Sequence record: MZ189262.1
Length of the DNA stretch: 64,000 nt
Strand: one strand, 5' to 3'
Origin: Escherichia phage W143
The position numbers and the translations under genes were made by a program. Below are positions 21,557 to 31,378 of the stretch, piece by piece. The notes beneath the pieces are model-generated. The model searched no databases, was not told the origin of the DNA, and was given only the letters and a program-made list of their open reading frames with translations. The number at the start of each line of letters is the position of its first letter. Positions within the stretch are counted from its first letter, which is position 1.

Positions 21557-22651
21557 ATGGTAATTGTTAAAGAAATAACTGCTGATTTAATTAAAAAGTC
21601 CGGTGAGAAAATTTCAGCCGGACAGAGTACTAAATCAGAAGTAGCAACTAAAACATACACTGCCCAGTTTCCAACTGGGCGTGCTAGTGGTAATGACACT
21701 ACAGGGGACTTCCAGGTAACAGATCTATATAAGAATGGATTATTATTTACTGCATACAATATGTCATCTAGGGATTCTGGAAGTCTTAGATCGATGAGAT
21801 CTAACTACTCTTCTTCATCTTCGAGTATTTTACGTACAGCCAGAAACACTATCAGTAATACAGTATCAAAACTGTCAAATGGATTAATATCAGATAATAA
21901 TTCAGGAACAATAAGTAAAGCACCTGTTGCAAATATTCTTTTACCAAGATCTAAATCAGATGTTGATACATCATCACATAGATTTAATGATGTTCAAGAA
22001 AGTCTTATCAGCAGAGGCGGAGGTACTGCTACTGGTGTGCTAAGTAATATTGCTTCAACTGCAGTATTTGGGGCACTGGAAAGTATAACACAAGGTATAA
22101 TGGCTGATAATAATGAACAGATTTATACGACAGCCAGAAGTATGTATGGTGGTGCTGAGAATAGAACTAAAGTGTTTACATGGGATTTGACTCCACGTTC
22201 CACAGAAGATTTAATGGCTATTATTAATATCTATCAATATTTTAACTATTTTTCTTATGGTGAAACTGGCAAATCTCAATATGCTGCTGAAATAAAGGGG
22301 TATTTAGATGATTGGTATCGTTCTACGTTAATTGAACCTTTATCTCCGGAAGACGCAGCTAAAAATAAAACACTATTTGAGAAAATGACATCGAGTTTAA
22401 CTAACGTTCTAGTAGTTTCAAACCCGACAATTTGGATGGTGAAAAACTTTGGTGCAACATCTAAGTTTGATGGAAAAACGGAAATATTTGGCCCATGCCA
22501 AATACAAAGCATCAGATTTGATAAAACGCCTAATGGTAACTTTAACGGATTAGCTATTGCTCCAAACCTCCCTAGTACATTTACTCTTGAGATTACTATG
22601 AGAGAAATTATCACGTTAAATCGTGCTTCTTTATATGCGGGGACTTTTTAA
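21557..22651 (+). CDS. 48: baseplate tail tube cap gp48
   Basis: 364 aa; synteny. Confidence 0.9.
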   Translation: MVIVKEITADLIKKSGEKISAGQSTKSEVATKTYTAQFPTGRASGNDTTGDFQVTDLYKNGLLFTAYNMSSRDSGSLRSMRSNYSSSSSSILRTARNTISNTVSKLSNGLISDNNSGTISKAPVANILLPRSKSDVDTSSHRFNDVQESLISRGGGTATGVLSNIASTAVFGALESITQGIMADNNEQIYTTARSMYGGAENRTKVFTWDLTPRSTEDLMAIINIYQYFNYFSYGETGKSQYAAEIKGYLDDWYRSTLIEPLSPEDAAKNKTLFEKMTSSLTNVLVVSNPTIWMVKNFGATSKFDGKTEIFGPCQIQSIRFDKTPNGNFNGLAIAPNLPSTFTLEITMREIITLNRASLYAGTF

Positions 22652-23616
22652 TGTATTCTTTAGAGGAATTTAATAATCAAGCAATAAACGCAGATTTCCA
22701 ACGTAATAATATGTTTAGCTGCGTTTTTGCGACAACTCCATCAACTAAAAGCTCTTCGTTGATAAGTTCAATTAGCAACTTTTCTTATAATAACTTGGGT
22801 CTAAATTCAGATTGGTTAGGATTGACTCAAGGCGATATTAATCAGGGAATTACCACGCTAATTACTGCTGGCACACAAAAACTGATAAGAAAATCAGGGG
22901 TTAGTAAATATCTTATTGGTGCCATGAGTCAACGTACAGTTCAAAGTTTATTGGGCTCATTTACAGTTGGTACATATTTAATTGACTTCTTTAACATGGC
23001 ATATAACTCATCTGGATTGATGATATATTCTGTAAAAATGCCAGAGAATAGATTATCCTATGAAACTGACTGGAACTATAATTCTCCTAATATTCGTATA
23101 ACTGGGAGAGAATTAGACCCTTTGGTTATTTCATTTAGAATGGATTCAGAAGCATGTAATTATCGTGCAATGCAAGACTGGGTTAACGCTGTTCAAGACC
23201 CAGTAACTGGATTGCGTGCTTTGCCACAAGATGTCGAGGCAGACATTCAGGTTAATCTTCACGCTCGTAATGGATTACCTCATACTGCGGTGATGTTCAC
23301 TGGATGCATTCCAGTGTCAGTGAGCGCTCCTGAGTTATCATATGATGGAGATAACCAAATAACTACATTTGATGTTACTTTTGCGTATAGAGTCATGCAG
23401 GCTGGGTCGGTTGATAGACAAGCTGCGCTTGAATGGCTTGAATCTGCTGCCATAAACGGTATTCAAAGCGTTCTCGGAAATAGTGGAGGTGTTACTGGAT
23501 TATCTAATTCGCTTTCACGACTTAGTAGATTAGGAGGAACTGCGGGAAGCATTTCAAACATTAATACCATGACAGGAATTGTCAATTCGCAAAGTAAAAT
23601 ATTAGGAGCAATATAA
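22651..23616 (+). CDS. 54: baseplate tail tube initiator gp54
   Basis: 321 aa; synteny; terminator hairpin downstream. Confidence 0.9.
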   Translation: MYSLEEFNNQAINADFQRNNMFSCVFATTPSTKSSSLISSISNFSYNNLGLNSDWLGLTQGDINQGITTLITAGTQKLIRKSGVSKYLIGAMSQRTVQSLLGSFTVGTYLIDFFNMAYNSSGLMIYSVKMPENRLSYETDWNYNSPNIRITGRELDPLVISFRMDSEACNYRAMQDWVNAVQDPVTGLRALPQDVEADIQVNLHARNGLPHTAVMFTGCIPVSVSAPELSYDGDNQITTFDVTFAYRVMQAGSVDRQAALEWLESAAINGIQSVLGNSGGVTGLSNSLSRLSRLGGTAGSISNINTMTGIVNSQSKILGAI

Positions 23617-23618
23617 CA

Positions 23619-23650
23619 ATGGGGACCTTTCGGTCCCCATATTTTTATTT
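23619..23650 (+). terminator. intrinsic terminator after gene 54
   Basis: GGGGACC-TTTC-GGTCCCC followed by ATATTTTTATTT. Confidence 0.75.
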
Positions 23651-23935
23651 ACGGAACGAAATAAAAGCAGCAACTGAAGCAACTAAACTGTCTTCAATAT
23701 AAACTTCAATTTTTACTGGAGCTTCTGACTCAAATTTACCTGTTACTACACCTTGGAAAATACTTTCAGTCTGCTCTGGCTTTGAAAAATTTTCAGAAGG
23801 AAAAATTCCGAACTTTTTATCTGTTCCAAAAATTTTGATAAATTCATCATAAACTGCTTCATTAAAAGCATTATCAGCAGGAATAACGCCTTCAACTACA
23901 AGTTCTTGACCTAAAAAGCGTAAAGAAGATTTCAT
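23645..23935 (-). CDS. hypothetical protein downstream of alt cluster (alt.-3 position)
   Basis: 96 aa; own early promoter and repeated leader upstream. Confidence 0.6.
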   Translation of the reverse strand: MKSSLRFLGQELVVEGVIPADNAFNEAVYDEFIKIFGTDKKFGIFPSENFSKPEQTESIFQGVVTGKFESEAPVKIEVYIEDSLVASVAAFISFRK

Positions 23936-23943
23936 TTTGTGTT

Positions 23944-23996
23944 CCTCATGTTATGTCAGTAAGACTACTATAACACAACACGAGGGACTTGTAAAC
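23944..23996 (-). repeat. 53-bp promoter-leader repeat, copy 1
   Basis: CCTCATGTTATGTCAGTAAGaCTACTATAACACAACACGAGGGACTTGTAAAC; one mismatch to copy at 39060-39112. Confidence 0.8.
23967..23996 (-). promoter_or_regulatory. early promoter for the 96-aa ORF (copy 1 of repeated promoter-leader)
   Basis: - strand GTTTACA, 17 nt spacer, TATAGT; leader carries GAGG RBS. Confidence 0.65.
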
Positions 23997-26053
23997 TACA
24001 TTTTGAACTTTTTAGACATTCCGTTGATGTTAACCAAAGAAGCCAAGATTTGAGAAACTTCGTTTTCCTCTTCTTTTGATTCTTCTACAAGGAATTGATT
24101 AAACCCAGTCATTGGACGAACTTCACCAGTTTCCATTAGATGGTCGCCATCATATACCGATTCTTCTAATTGTTCAGAAGGAGGAACGATTGTGCCTTCG
24201 ATTAGATACTTGTTATAAGCAGTTTCTTTCATCATGTACGTACTCACTTTATTAATCTTCAGCAAAATTCCACGTGGTAAAATAACTTCAGCTTCTGATG
24301 GAAATCCTGATAAATGACCTGGAACGATAACTTTGATTCGCTCAGCTCCTTTAATTACCATACCCACGCTAGTTTCAGCATCTTCATTCGCATAAGCAGA
24401 GTGACTGCCCATATGCATTAAATCTTCTGCATCAACTGAACCTTCTCCTTCACCAGAAAATACTGCGCCGGAATCATCTAGAGCCATATAGTTTTTACCA
24501 TACTCACCGAAGATATTTGGTTTAAGCGATGTGGATACGAAGTTCTTGAAGTAGAACATTTTATTTTCAATATTATGACGTAAAGTTTTAAAGGTAACTT
24601 CTTGCCCACGGTAAAGTGTAGTTCCTGGAGGAAGAACTGATCCTTTGGCAAAGGCAGAATCCATTGTCTCGATGTGTTTAATAGCTCGTTCCATATATTC
24701 TTCACGAGTAGAATCTGGTTTACCCAAAAGGAACGAGTTCATTTCAACATATGAATCTGCACAATAATCTTCAATTACATCGGACTCAGCCTGAGTTAAT
24801 CCTTTTGGGGGTACTTCAGTACTTGCATATTCATACGCTTGAGAAGCAGACTCATTAATCAATTTATAAATGCCATTCATGACAAATTGAATAATAGCTA
24901 CCTTTTCATCTGGCGTGGCTTTAGAACCTTTAACTAAATCATTGACAATTTTCTTAATAACATCAAAGCTATTAGAAATATTAATGTCAGCAAGATCGCT
25001 TAAAATTTTATCGGTTTTATAATCAAAGAATTCTTTATTCTTTAAATATTCTTGAGAACCTTGATATGTTATATCGTTCTGCAATCTGATAGACGGATCA
25101 CGTAAACGTGCATGGGCCAATGCAATATGATTTCGGAAGCTTTCTAGTTCATAATCGTTAGATTTAAAACGAGAAGCACTTCTCATACCACCGATAGCTC
25201 CTTTGCTGAAGTTTGAACCAATCTGAATAACGCCAGAGTTCATTGGTCCTTCTGCTTTATATACCGGAACTTTAGATTCAAACTCTTGATATTTCTTAGC
25301 AGCGAAGCTATCGCCCTGAAGTGAAGCATCGACAGTAGAGTATTGAGCTTGTGCTGCTAATCGACGACTAATTTTAGTTTTCTGAATAACAGCTTGATCC
25401 GTACGCTTATCATTTTCTAAAGCAATAGAAGCAGCAACAGCAACAGCTTTAGGAACAGCATTACCTGTTTTAACGTCTACATAAACATCACCAACCTTTG
25501 ATTCAACTTTTGTGAATAACTCAGTTGAAATAGGAGGTACACCTGGAATGTCTTCTAAATTGGCATTTTTACGGTAAACCATAATATATGCGTACTTTTT
25601 ATCGTAATCCCAGATTTCCTTTAAAAGAACATATCGACCTGCTCCTTTAGTACGTACTAAACGGTCAGCGATAACTTGCATTTGACGAGCTGCACCGTTT
25701 GTTTTACTCTTTAGTACGCGGAATAAGCATGCATCAATTTTATACTGTTTCATTGTCTGAAGAGCGGTATCAAAAACCGCATTAATGACACCAATTGGAT
25801 TTCCACCTAAGTTTTTAAGTTTAACTAATGATAGTTTCTCGTTGACACCTATCATTACGATATGCATCATTTTATCGCCTGGCTTAACGTTTTTGTTTGT
25901 ATCACCGCCAGAGGTGTATGTACAAAATCTAAATCCAGGAAGCACGCTTTCTTCACCGGCTTGAATAGCAAAAATTTGAGGTATTTTATGCTTAGGATTT
26001 AAGTTAACAACCGGCGCCGAAGCGCCGTCAAATAATTCTGTAATAAGTTCCAT
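23996..26053 (-). CDS. Alt-like ADP-ribosyltransferase paralogue (second copy)
   Basis: 685 aa; N-terminus MELITELFD; R-S-E motifs (LYRGQEV, FVSTSLKPNIFG, EAEVILPRG); 3 nt downstream of alt. Confidence 0.85.
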   Translation of the reverse strand: MELITELFDGASAPVVNLNPKHKIPQIFAIQAGEESVLPGFRFCTYTSGGDTNKNVKPGDKMMHIVMIGVNEKLSLVKLKNLGGNPIGVINAVFDTALQTMKQYKIDACLFRVLKSKTNGAARQMQVIADRLVRTKGAGRYVLLKEIWDYDKKYAYIMVYRKNANLEDIPGVPPISTELFTKVESKVGDVYVDVKTGNAVPKAVAVAASIALENDKRTDQAVIQKTKISRRLAAQAQYSTVDASLQGDSFAAKKYQEFESKVPVYKAEGPMNSGVIQIGSNFSKGAIGGMRSASRFKSNDYELESFRNHIALAHARLRDPSIRLQNDITYQGSQEYLKNKEFFDYKTDKILSDLADINISNSFDVIKKIVNDLVKGSKATPDEKVAIIQFVMNGIYKLINESASQAYEYASTEVPPKGLTQAESDVIEDYCADSYVEMNSFLLGKPDSTREEYMERAIKHIETMDSAFAKGSVLPPGTTLYRGQEVTFKTLRHNIENKMFYFKNFVSTSLKPNIFGEYGKNYMALDDSGAVFSGEGEGSVDAEDLMHMGSHSAYANEDAETSVGMVIKGAERIKVIVPGHLSGFPSEAEVILPRGILLKINKVSTYMMKETAYNKYLIEGTIVPPSEQLEESVYDGDHLMETGEVRPMTGFNQFLVEESKEEENEVSQILASLVNINGMSKKFKM

Positions 26054-26056
26054 GAT

Positions 26057-28111
26057 TTATCCTTGAACGAACTTGTAAGGCATGTTTGTAATATCTATGC
26101 AAGACGCAATAATTCCGAGAGATGATTCTGCTTTCTGTTTAACATTTGATGAAACAAATGATGCAAAGTCAACTCTGTCTTCTATTTCAATATCATCTGT
26201 CATTGCAACCAATTCACCAGTTTCCATTAGACGATCACCGTCATAAATTACCGATTCGGTGAGTTCTTCCGTAGTCATAACTTCAGCTTGAATAAGCTTG
26301 TTGTTAGTTTTAACTGTTCCATCATTGTAAGATGCATCGGTTATTTTATTAATTTTGACCATTAGTCCACGTGGCAAAATGACTTCCATTTCATTTGAAG
26401 GCGCTAAACTTCCACCGGGTAAAACAACATTGACTTTATCAGCTCCAGTAATAACCCATCCAATTCCAACTAAATTATCGCTAGAATTAACAAGCCCTTC
26501 ATCATTTTTATCGATAGAAATGCTTAGACGCTTTTCATCTGGTAAAACACCCACAGCTGAATCAGTCATCCAAGTACCAAAAATGTTTGGATATAATGAT
26601 GTTGATACAAAATTTCTAAAATAAAAAACTCGATTTTTTACCAATGCTTCATATATTGAAGGTAACATTCGCTGTGAACGATATAAAGTAATACCTTTTG
26701 GCAATCGATCACCATTTTTAAAGGCTGAATCTAAATTATCGATGGCTTGTTCTATTTCGGGTGCTGTCAAAATACTTGTACGCTCATCTGGATTATATAA
26801 TCCCAAAAGAGCATTATTCATGTCTACATATCCTGAACCCACATATTCACGAATTCCGCGTTTTTGAGCCGGTGTGTATTTAGATGAATCTTTATTTTCG
26901 ACTATAGAATGCAATGACCATCCAACGGTAAGAGCATATCCACGTAATTCTCTTCGAATAATCTTTGTTTTTATTGCATTCCAAGAATTTTGCACTAACT
27001 CATTTGCAGCATCTTGATTTAAATGCGAATGCTTGTTAATATTTCTTTCTAACCAAGCACTTTTATATTTTTCTAAAGTATCATCGACTATAGAAGCAAT
27101 AGTTTCTAAAGTTTTTATTGAAGTAATAGATTCTTTTCGTAATCTTTCTAAAGCTTTATTTTTTATTTCTGCATTAACATCAGATTCTTTATCTTCAGGA
27201 ATTATAGAAGCTTCTCTGAATGCCATTCCAGCTGTAACACTATTAAGAGCATTTTCTAATGCAAATCCTGAAGTAGAAATAACGGTTAATTCGTTAGCAT
27301 CAGAAATTAAAGGCGCGTCGGCGGGTTTATTTAATTCTGCTGCTGAAGCCTCAAATTTTTGAAACATTGGTGTTTCAAATCTAGAAGATTCCAATGACTG
27401 ACTTTGTGCAATTGCTCTACGTGAAATTTTAACTTTAACTATTACAGCCTGGTCAGAACGTTTATCGTTTTCTTGCGCAATAGATGCTGCAATTGCCTCA
27501 TTTTTAGTTACTTGAACCCCAGTATCTTTATTGATATAAACATCGCCGACTTTCGATTCAACTTTAGTAAAGAGCTCGGTACTAATTTCCGGAACTCCTG
27601 GAATGTCTTCTAGTGATACATTTTTGCGATGTATAAGAATATATGCATACTTTTTATCATAATCCCAGAGTTCCTTAAGAAGGACGTATCTGCCGCCTGA
27701 ACGACTACGGATAAGTCTATCAGCAATAACTTGAATTTGACGAGCTTGACCAGCAGTTTTAGACTTAAGAATACGAAGCATGCAGGCATCAATTTTATAC
27801 TGACGCATCGTCTGCATTGCAACAGTAAAAACTGAATTGATATAATTAATTGGGCTTGGACCGAGACCTTTCAATTTAGCAATTGAACCTTTAGCAGTTA
27901 ATGTAAAAGGAACAATATGCATCATTTTATCGCCCATTTTTAAATCGCGATTAGTATCACCTCCAGATGTATAGGTACATAAACGAAAGCCTGGTTGTTC
28001 AATTGCGTCATCAACATGAACTGAAAAAATTTGTGGTATTTTCTTCTTTGGATTTAAGTTTGTAATCGGAAGAGTAGTATCTTCGTCAAATAATTCTGTA
28101 ATAAGTTCCAT
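26057..28111 (-). CDS. alt: Alt ADP-ribosyltransferase (capsid-packaged)
   Basis: ORF track 26057..28114; start likely second Met (MELITELFDEDTTLPITNL); R-S-E motifs (LYRSQRM, FVSTSLYPNIFG, EMEVILPRG); TATAAATA late promoter upstream. Confidence 0.9.
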   Translation of the reverse strand: MELITELFDEDTTLPITNLNPKKKIPQIFSVHVDDAIEQPGFRLCTYTSGGDTNRDLKMGDKMMHIVPFTLTAKGSIAKLKGLGPSPINYINSVFTVAMQTMRQYKIDACMLRILKSKTAGQARQIQVIADRLIRSRSGGRYVLLKELWDYDKKYAYILIHRKNVSLEDIPGVPEISTELFTKVESKVGDVYINKDTGVQVTKNEAIAASIAQENDKRSDQAVIVKVKISRRAIAQSQSLESSRFETPMFQKFEASAAELNKPADAPLISDANELTVISTSGFALENALNSVTAGMAFREASIIPEDKESDVNAEIKNKALERLRKESITSIKTLETIASIVDDTLEKYKSAWLERNINKHSHLNQDAANELVQNSWNAIKTKIIRRELRGYALTVGWSLHSIVENKDSSKYTPAQKRGIREYVGSGYVDMNNALLGLYNPDERTSILTAPEIEQAIDNLDSAFKNGDRLPKGITLYRSQRMLPSIYEALVKNRVFYFRNFVSTSLYPNIFGTWMTDSAVGVLPDEKRLSISIDKNDEGLVNSSDNLVGIGWVITGADKVNVVLPGGSLAPSNEMEVILPRGLMVKINKITDASYNDGTVKTNNKLIQAEVMTTEELTESVIYDGDRLMETGELVAMTDDIEIEDRVDFASFVSSNVKQKAESSLGIIASCIDITNMPYKFVQG

Positions 28112-28134
28112 CATATCCTCTCTAGTGTTTATTC

Positions 28135-28142
28135 TATTTATA
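28135..28142 (-). promoter_or_regulatory. late promoter TATAAATA (alt)
   Basis: - strand TATAAATA about 20 nt before the alt start. Confidence 0.7.
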
Positions 28143-28167
28143 AAATTAAAGGCCCGAAGGCCTTTAA
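28140..28167 (-). terminator. terminator after gene 30 operon, before alt late promoter
   Basis: - strand AAAGGCC-TTCG-GGCCTTT followed by AATTTTAT. Confidence 0.55.
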
Positions 28168-28352
28168 TAATCTATTGGTAAGAGAGTACGGTATATTTCA
28201 AACTTTGGACCTTTTTCATAGGCATCAAATGTTTCTGTGAATTTATTATAAGCATATGCATCTATAAATTCAATCATAATTTGTGATACAGAAGTAGAAA
28301 CATCTCCACCTTCTTTTTGAGCAACGACAATTGTTTCTAAGTAAGCTTTCAT
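28164..28352 (-). CDS. hypothetical small protein downstream of gene 30
   Basis: 62 aa ORF overlapping gene 30 stop; terminator hairpin follows. Confidence 0.5.
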   Translation of the reverse strand: MKAYLETIVVAQKEGGDVSTSVSQIMIEFIDAYAYNKFTETFDAYEKGPKFEIYRTLLPIDY

Positions 28353-29812
28353 AGACCAGTTACCTCATGAAAATCACCAAATACATCCTCGAATGTATTA
28401 GCTTTAGTTTTATCTTCACGTAAACGAATCGCAATCGGAAGAAATAATTTAACGTAATCAGTGCGGCCATCAGATTTTAACCAACCGTTGCATTCGCACT
28501 CTAGAATTTTTCCAATATAATAATTTTGGTTTTCCATAATGCGAGTACGGTCAAGTTCATGTGATTTTACACCGGCTTTATCTTTTAAGCCTGAACCAGC
28601 ATTTACTTTAATTTTTCCACACTCTGATTCAAGAATAAATCCACCTGCTTTAGTAGGGTCTTTACGGTGAGGATAAATTCCTACAATTTTTAAATCAACA
28701 TCAATTACTTCTTTAAATTTATAGAGATTTTTTGAACGAGCATTTTCCCATAATCCATCGATATTTTTGAGAATAATACCTTCAAGACCTTGGTCAATAT
28801 ACTTTTTATAAATTACCTTAGCTTCATCTAGGTTATTTACTAGCTGGTTTTCAATTAAAATTACTTTATCATATCCTGATGTCATTTGTTCTAGTTTAGA
28901 AAAACGTACATCATATTTTAAACGAAACGCCGGAAGACCGTATATTTCTACCAACGGGACATAATCCCAGACCTGAAACTTCATACATTGAGCTTCTTTT
29001 TCAGAAATGGTTCCTTTTAAAGATTTATTGGCGATTCCATTAGAAGTAGTACGAGATTCCGCTACTTCGGCGAATTCTTTAGCTTTACTAATTTCAGGAT
29101 AAGCATCAAAAAGAAAATCTAGGCCTTCTGGTTCCTTTTTAACTTGCTCATGGTATACCAATTCGCCATCAATTAACACGCCTTCTGGATGAATCTGGCG
29201 GGCTTCAGCAGTCATTTTGATTAACTCTTCCTTAAGAAGATCTAATCCTAGATATTCATTACCAGCTCGTGATAAAAGACGAACATCATCTAATTCATCA
29301 CCTCGGACTTCAGCAAAACACCGAGCTCCATCTGCTTTTAACTGTGCAAAAGCTGGAAACTTGATATTCTTACTAATGCCTTTTTCATCATAAGAACTTG
29401 CCAGCATTTGAGGTTGTTCAGGAATTAAACCTGGCCAAACTTTGTTTGCAATAGATACTGAAGCACCGCATTCAAGGTCTCGCATCATAACTCGACGTAA
29501 AACTTCAACATCATCCTTTTTACCATCAGTGATATATCCAGTTAATTCCTCAATTGCTGCATTTCCAGTCAATTTCCGAGTAGCTAACGTAAATTCAATA
29601 AAGTCAAGCATATCGGTAATGGTCAGCATTCCAAAACTCTGGGTAGCAATACCAGGCTTAGGCCATTTCTTGATATAATACTGTAACCCACGAGAATAAG
29701 TCAGACGATATACTCGTTTAAGCAATTCATTACCTTTATTCTTTTCAAGAATTGCTTGCTTCTGCTTAGTTGATCCAATAGATGCTATTTCATTCAGAAT
29801 TTTAAGAATCAT
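28349..29812 (-). CDS. 30: ATP-dependent DNA ligase gp30
   Basis: 487 aa; N-terminus MILKILNEIASIGSTKQKQ; adenylation motif KADGAR. Confidence 0.95.
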   Translation of the reverse strand: MILKILNEIASIGSTKQKQAILEKNKGNELLKRVYRLTYSRGLQYYIKKWPKPGIATQSFGMLTITDMLDFIEFTLATRKLTGNAAIEELTGYITDGKKDDVEVLRRVMMRDLECGASVSIANKVWPGLIPEQPQMLASSYDEKGISKNIKFPAFAQLKADGARCFAEVRGDELDDVRLLSRAGNEYLGLDLLKEELIKMTAEARQIHPEGVLIDGELVYHEQVKKEPEGLDFLFDAYPEISKAKEFAEVAESRTTSNGIANKSLKGTISEKEAQCMKFQVWDYVPLVEIYGLPAFRLKYDVRFSKLEQMTSGYDKVILIENQLVNNLDEAKVIYKKYIDQGLEGIILKNIDGLWENARSKNLYKFKEVIDVDLKIVGIYPHRKDPTKAGGFILESECGKIKVNAGSGLKDKAGVKSHELDRTRIMENQNYYIGKILECECNGWLKSDGRTDYVKLFLPIAIRLREDKTKANTFEDVFGDFHEVTGL

Positions 29813-30078
29813 TGTTCATCCTTCAGAGTTTGATTTACATTTCTATTATAAATCAATTCATCATTAAGCTCAGGCAAAGACTTATGATATGTAGTTCTAA
29901 CTTTATTTCCTTGCATCCAGTGCTTGACGTAAATGAAACCTTGCTCTACACATTTTTTAAAAATTCGTTCATCCTTTTGAGCACGGAACTCTGGATTACA
30001 TCTAAAAAATTGATTTACGTGACCGTAATCACGTGTAGTATTACCTTCATTTTCATAAATAGTATGAACAACAAACAT
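29809..30078 (-). CDS. hypothetical protein (30.1 position)
   Basis: 89 aa; synteny. Confidence 0.6.
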   Translation of the reverse strand: MFVVHTIYENEGNTTRDYGHVNQFFRCNPEFRAQKDERIFKKCVEQGFIYVKHWMQGNKVRTTYHKSLPELNDELIYNRNVNQTLKDEQ

Positions 30079-30917
30079 TAGAATGCTCCTTGAAAAATAT
30101 TATCACCACTAGTAGGTCTATTATACAAATACTCTATGCCACCAGGTTTAATATAGTTCCATGTCTGAAACGGATGTGTCTGATATGGATGATATAGATG
30201 ATTATAAGGATTTAATCCAGGCGTTCTCCAGGTAGTGTTCCAAGGAAAAGAATCGTTTTTAACCATCTTCTCAATTAAATCTTTTATAGCTTTTTCACTA
30301 TCAAAACTTTCTTTATTTTCCTTTAGTGAAAAAAGCTTATTTTCTACATCATTCCATGTATAAACTCGCTGCGCAGTTTTTGGAATATTGTCACGCTCTC
30401 CTCGAGCCATCCAATAAACTGGAACATTTAATATTTCACTCGCATGATCGCAGTGATGGGCGAGATCGTCAATATAACAAATTACGTTATATTTCTCTTT
30501 TGCCTTTTTGAACAGCTCTTCTTTTGAAGAATCATGACCACACATCATTACTTCTGAGAAGGCACCAGGAAAAAGAGCATTCAAATTAAATTGACGATTC
30601 AACAGAGCGTCAATAGAATCACCCAATGCTGTAACAGCTACAAAATTATAATCTTCTTTTAATTTGTTAATTACACACAGGGCATCTTTATATGGAGACA
30701 AGTAACGAATAAAATCTGATCGATTGTATTTTTCAATTAACTTGACACCAAGTTCTTCATCACAATTAAAGAGTTTACCTGGAGAAATAAATTTCTCATC
30801 TTGGATCATTTTTAAAATATGTTCTAACGGAAGATTATATTTCTGAGCAAAATAAGGAAGACCTGATTGCCAGCTTAAACATACTCCATCAATATCAGTT
30901 AAAATAGTAGGCTTCAT
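30078..30917 (-). CDS. HAD-like hydrolase, putative 5'-nucleotidase fold with C-terminal extension (30.2 position)
   Basis: 279 aa; N-terminal LTDIDGV matches HAD motif I (DxDGV); later IDD acidic motif. Confidence 0.6.
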   Translation of the reverse strand: MKPTILTDIDGVCLSWQSGLPYFAQKYNLPLEHILKMIQDEKFISPGKLFNCDEELGVKLIEKYNRSDFIRYLSPYKDALCVINKLKEDYNFVAVTALGDSIDALLNRQFNLNALFPGAFSEVMMCGHDSSKEELFKKAKEKYNVICYIDDLAHHCDHASEILNVPVYWMARGERDNIPKTAQRVYTWNDVENKLFSLKENKESFDSEKAIKDLIEKMVKNDSFPWNTTWRTPGLNPYNHLYHPYQTHPFQTWNYIKPGGIEYLYNRPTSGDNIFQGAF

Positions 30918-31378
30918 AGAGAGTCTCTTAATAGGTTTAACACATCAATAAATTCAGCTTCGGTTAGTATTGTATCATCTTTTGTTAGACCACTAGCCAT
31001 GCTGTGCTTCAAAACTTTTCCTTTCGAGGCTTGTAATGCATCGCGAAAGCCCTTGTTTTGGAACGCTGCTTCAAAATATGCATTTGTGTATAATTCTTTC
31101 CACGCTGGAGAGTATCTTGAAAATGGAACTCCAATCCAGAACAACGTGCCACGGTCCTGAGCTCTAGCGTAAGACCTTCCAGCTTGTTGGGCGGCAAGCC
31201 CGGATAACCCAAATATACGTCTTTGCTGTTCAACATTTTTCACCTTACATCCTTGGAGGAATCCTTCGAGACCTCCAAATTGGATACCATCCATAACAAA
31301 AGGCCATTGGGCGAAATTACTTAATGCACATGATGGCCATCTAAAATTGCTTCTTATCTCTAGCTCAGACATTTTCAA
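30914..31378 (-). CDS. NADAR / YbiA-like (DUF1768) protein (30.3 position)
   Basis: 154 aa; LSNFAQWPF...DGIQFGGLEGFLQGCK and GRSYARAQDRG...FW resemble the YbiA/NADAR signature. Confidence 0.65.
   Translation of the reverse strand: MKMSELEIRSNFRWPSCALSNFAQWPFVMDGIQFGGLEGFLQGCKVKNVEQQRRIFGLSGLAAQQAGRSYARAQDRGTLFWIGVPFSRYSPAWKELYTNAYFEAAFQNKGFRDALQASKGKVLKHSMASGLTKDDTILTEAEFIDVLNLLRDSL

Noticed and set aside
27033-27362. 109-aa plus-strand ORF inside alt
   Set aside because: Antisense to alt; no start context
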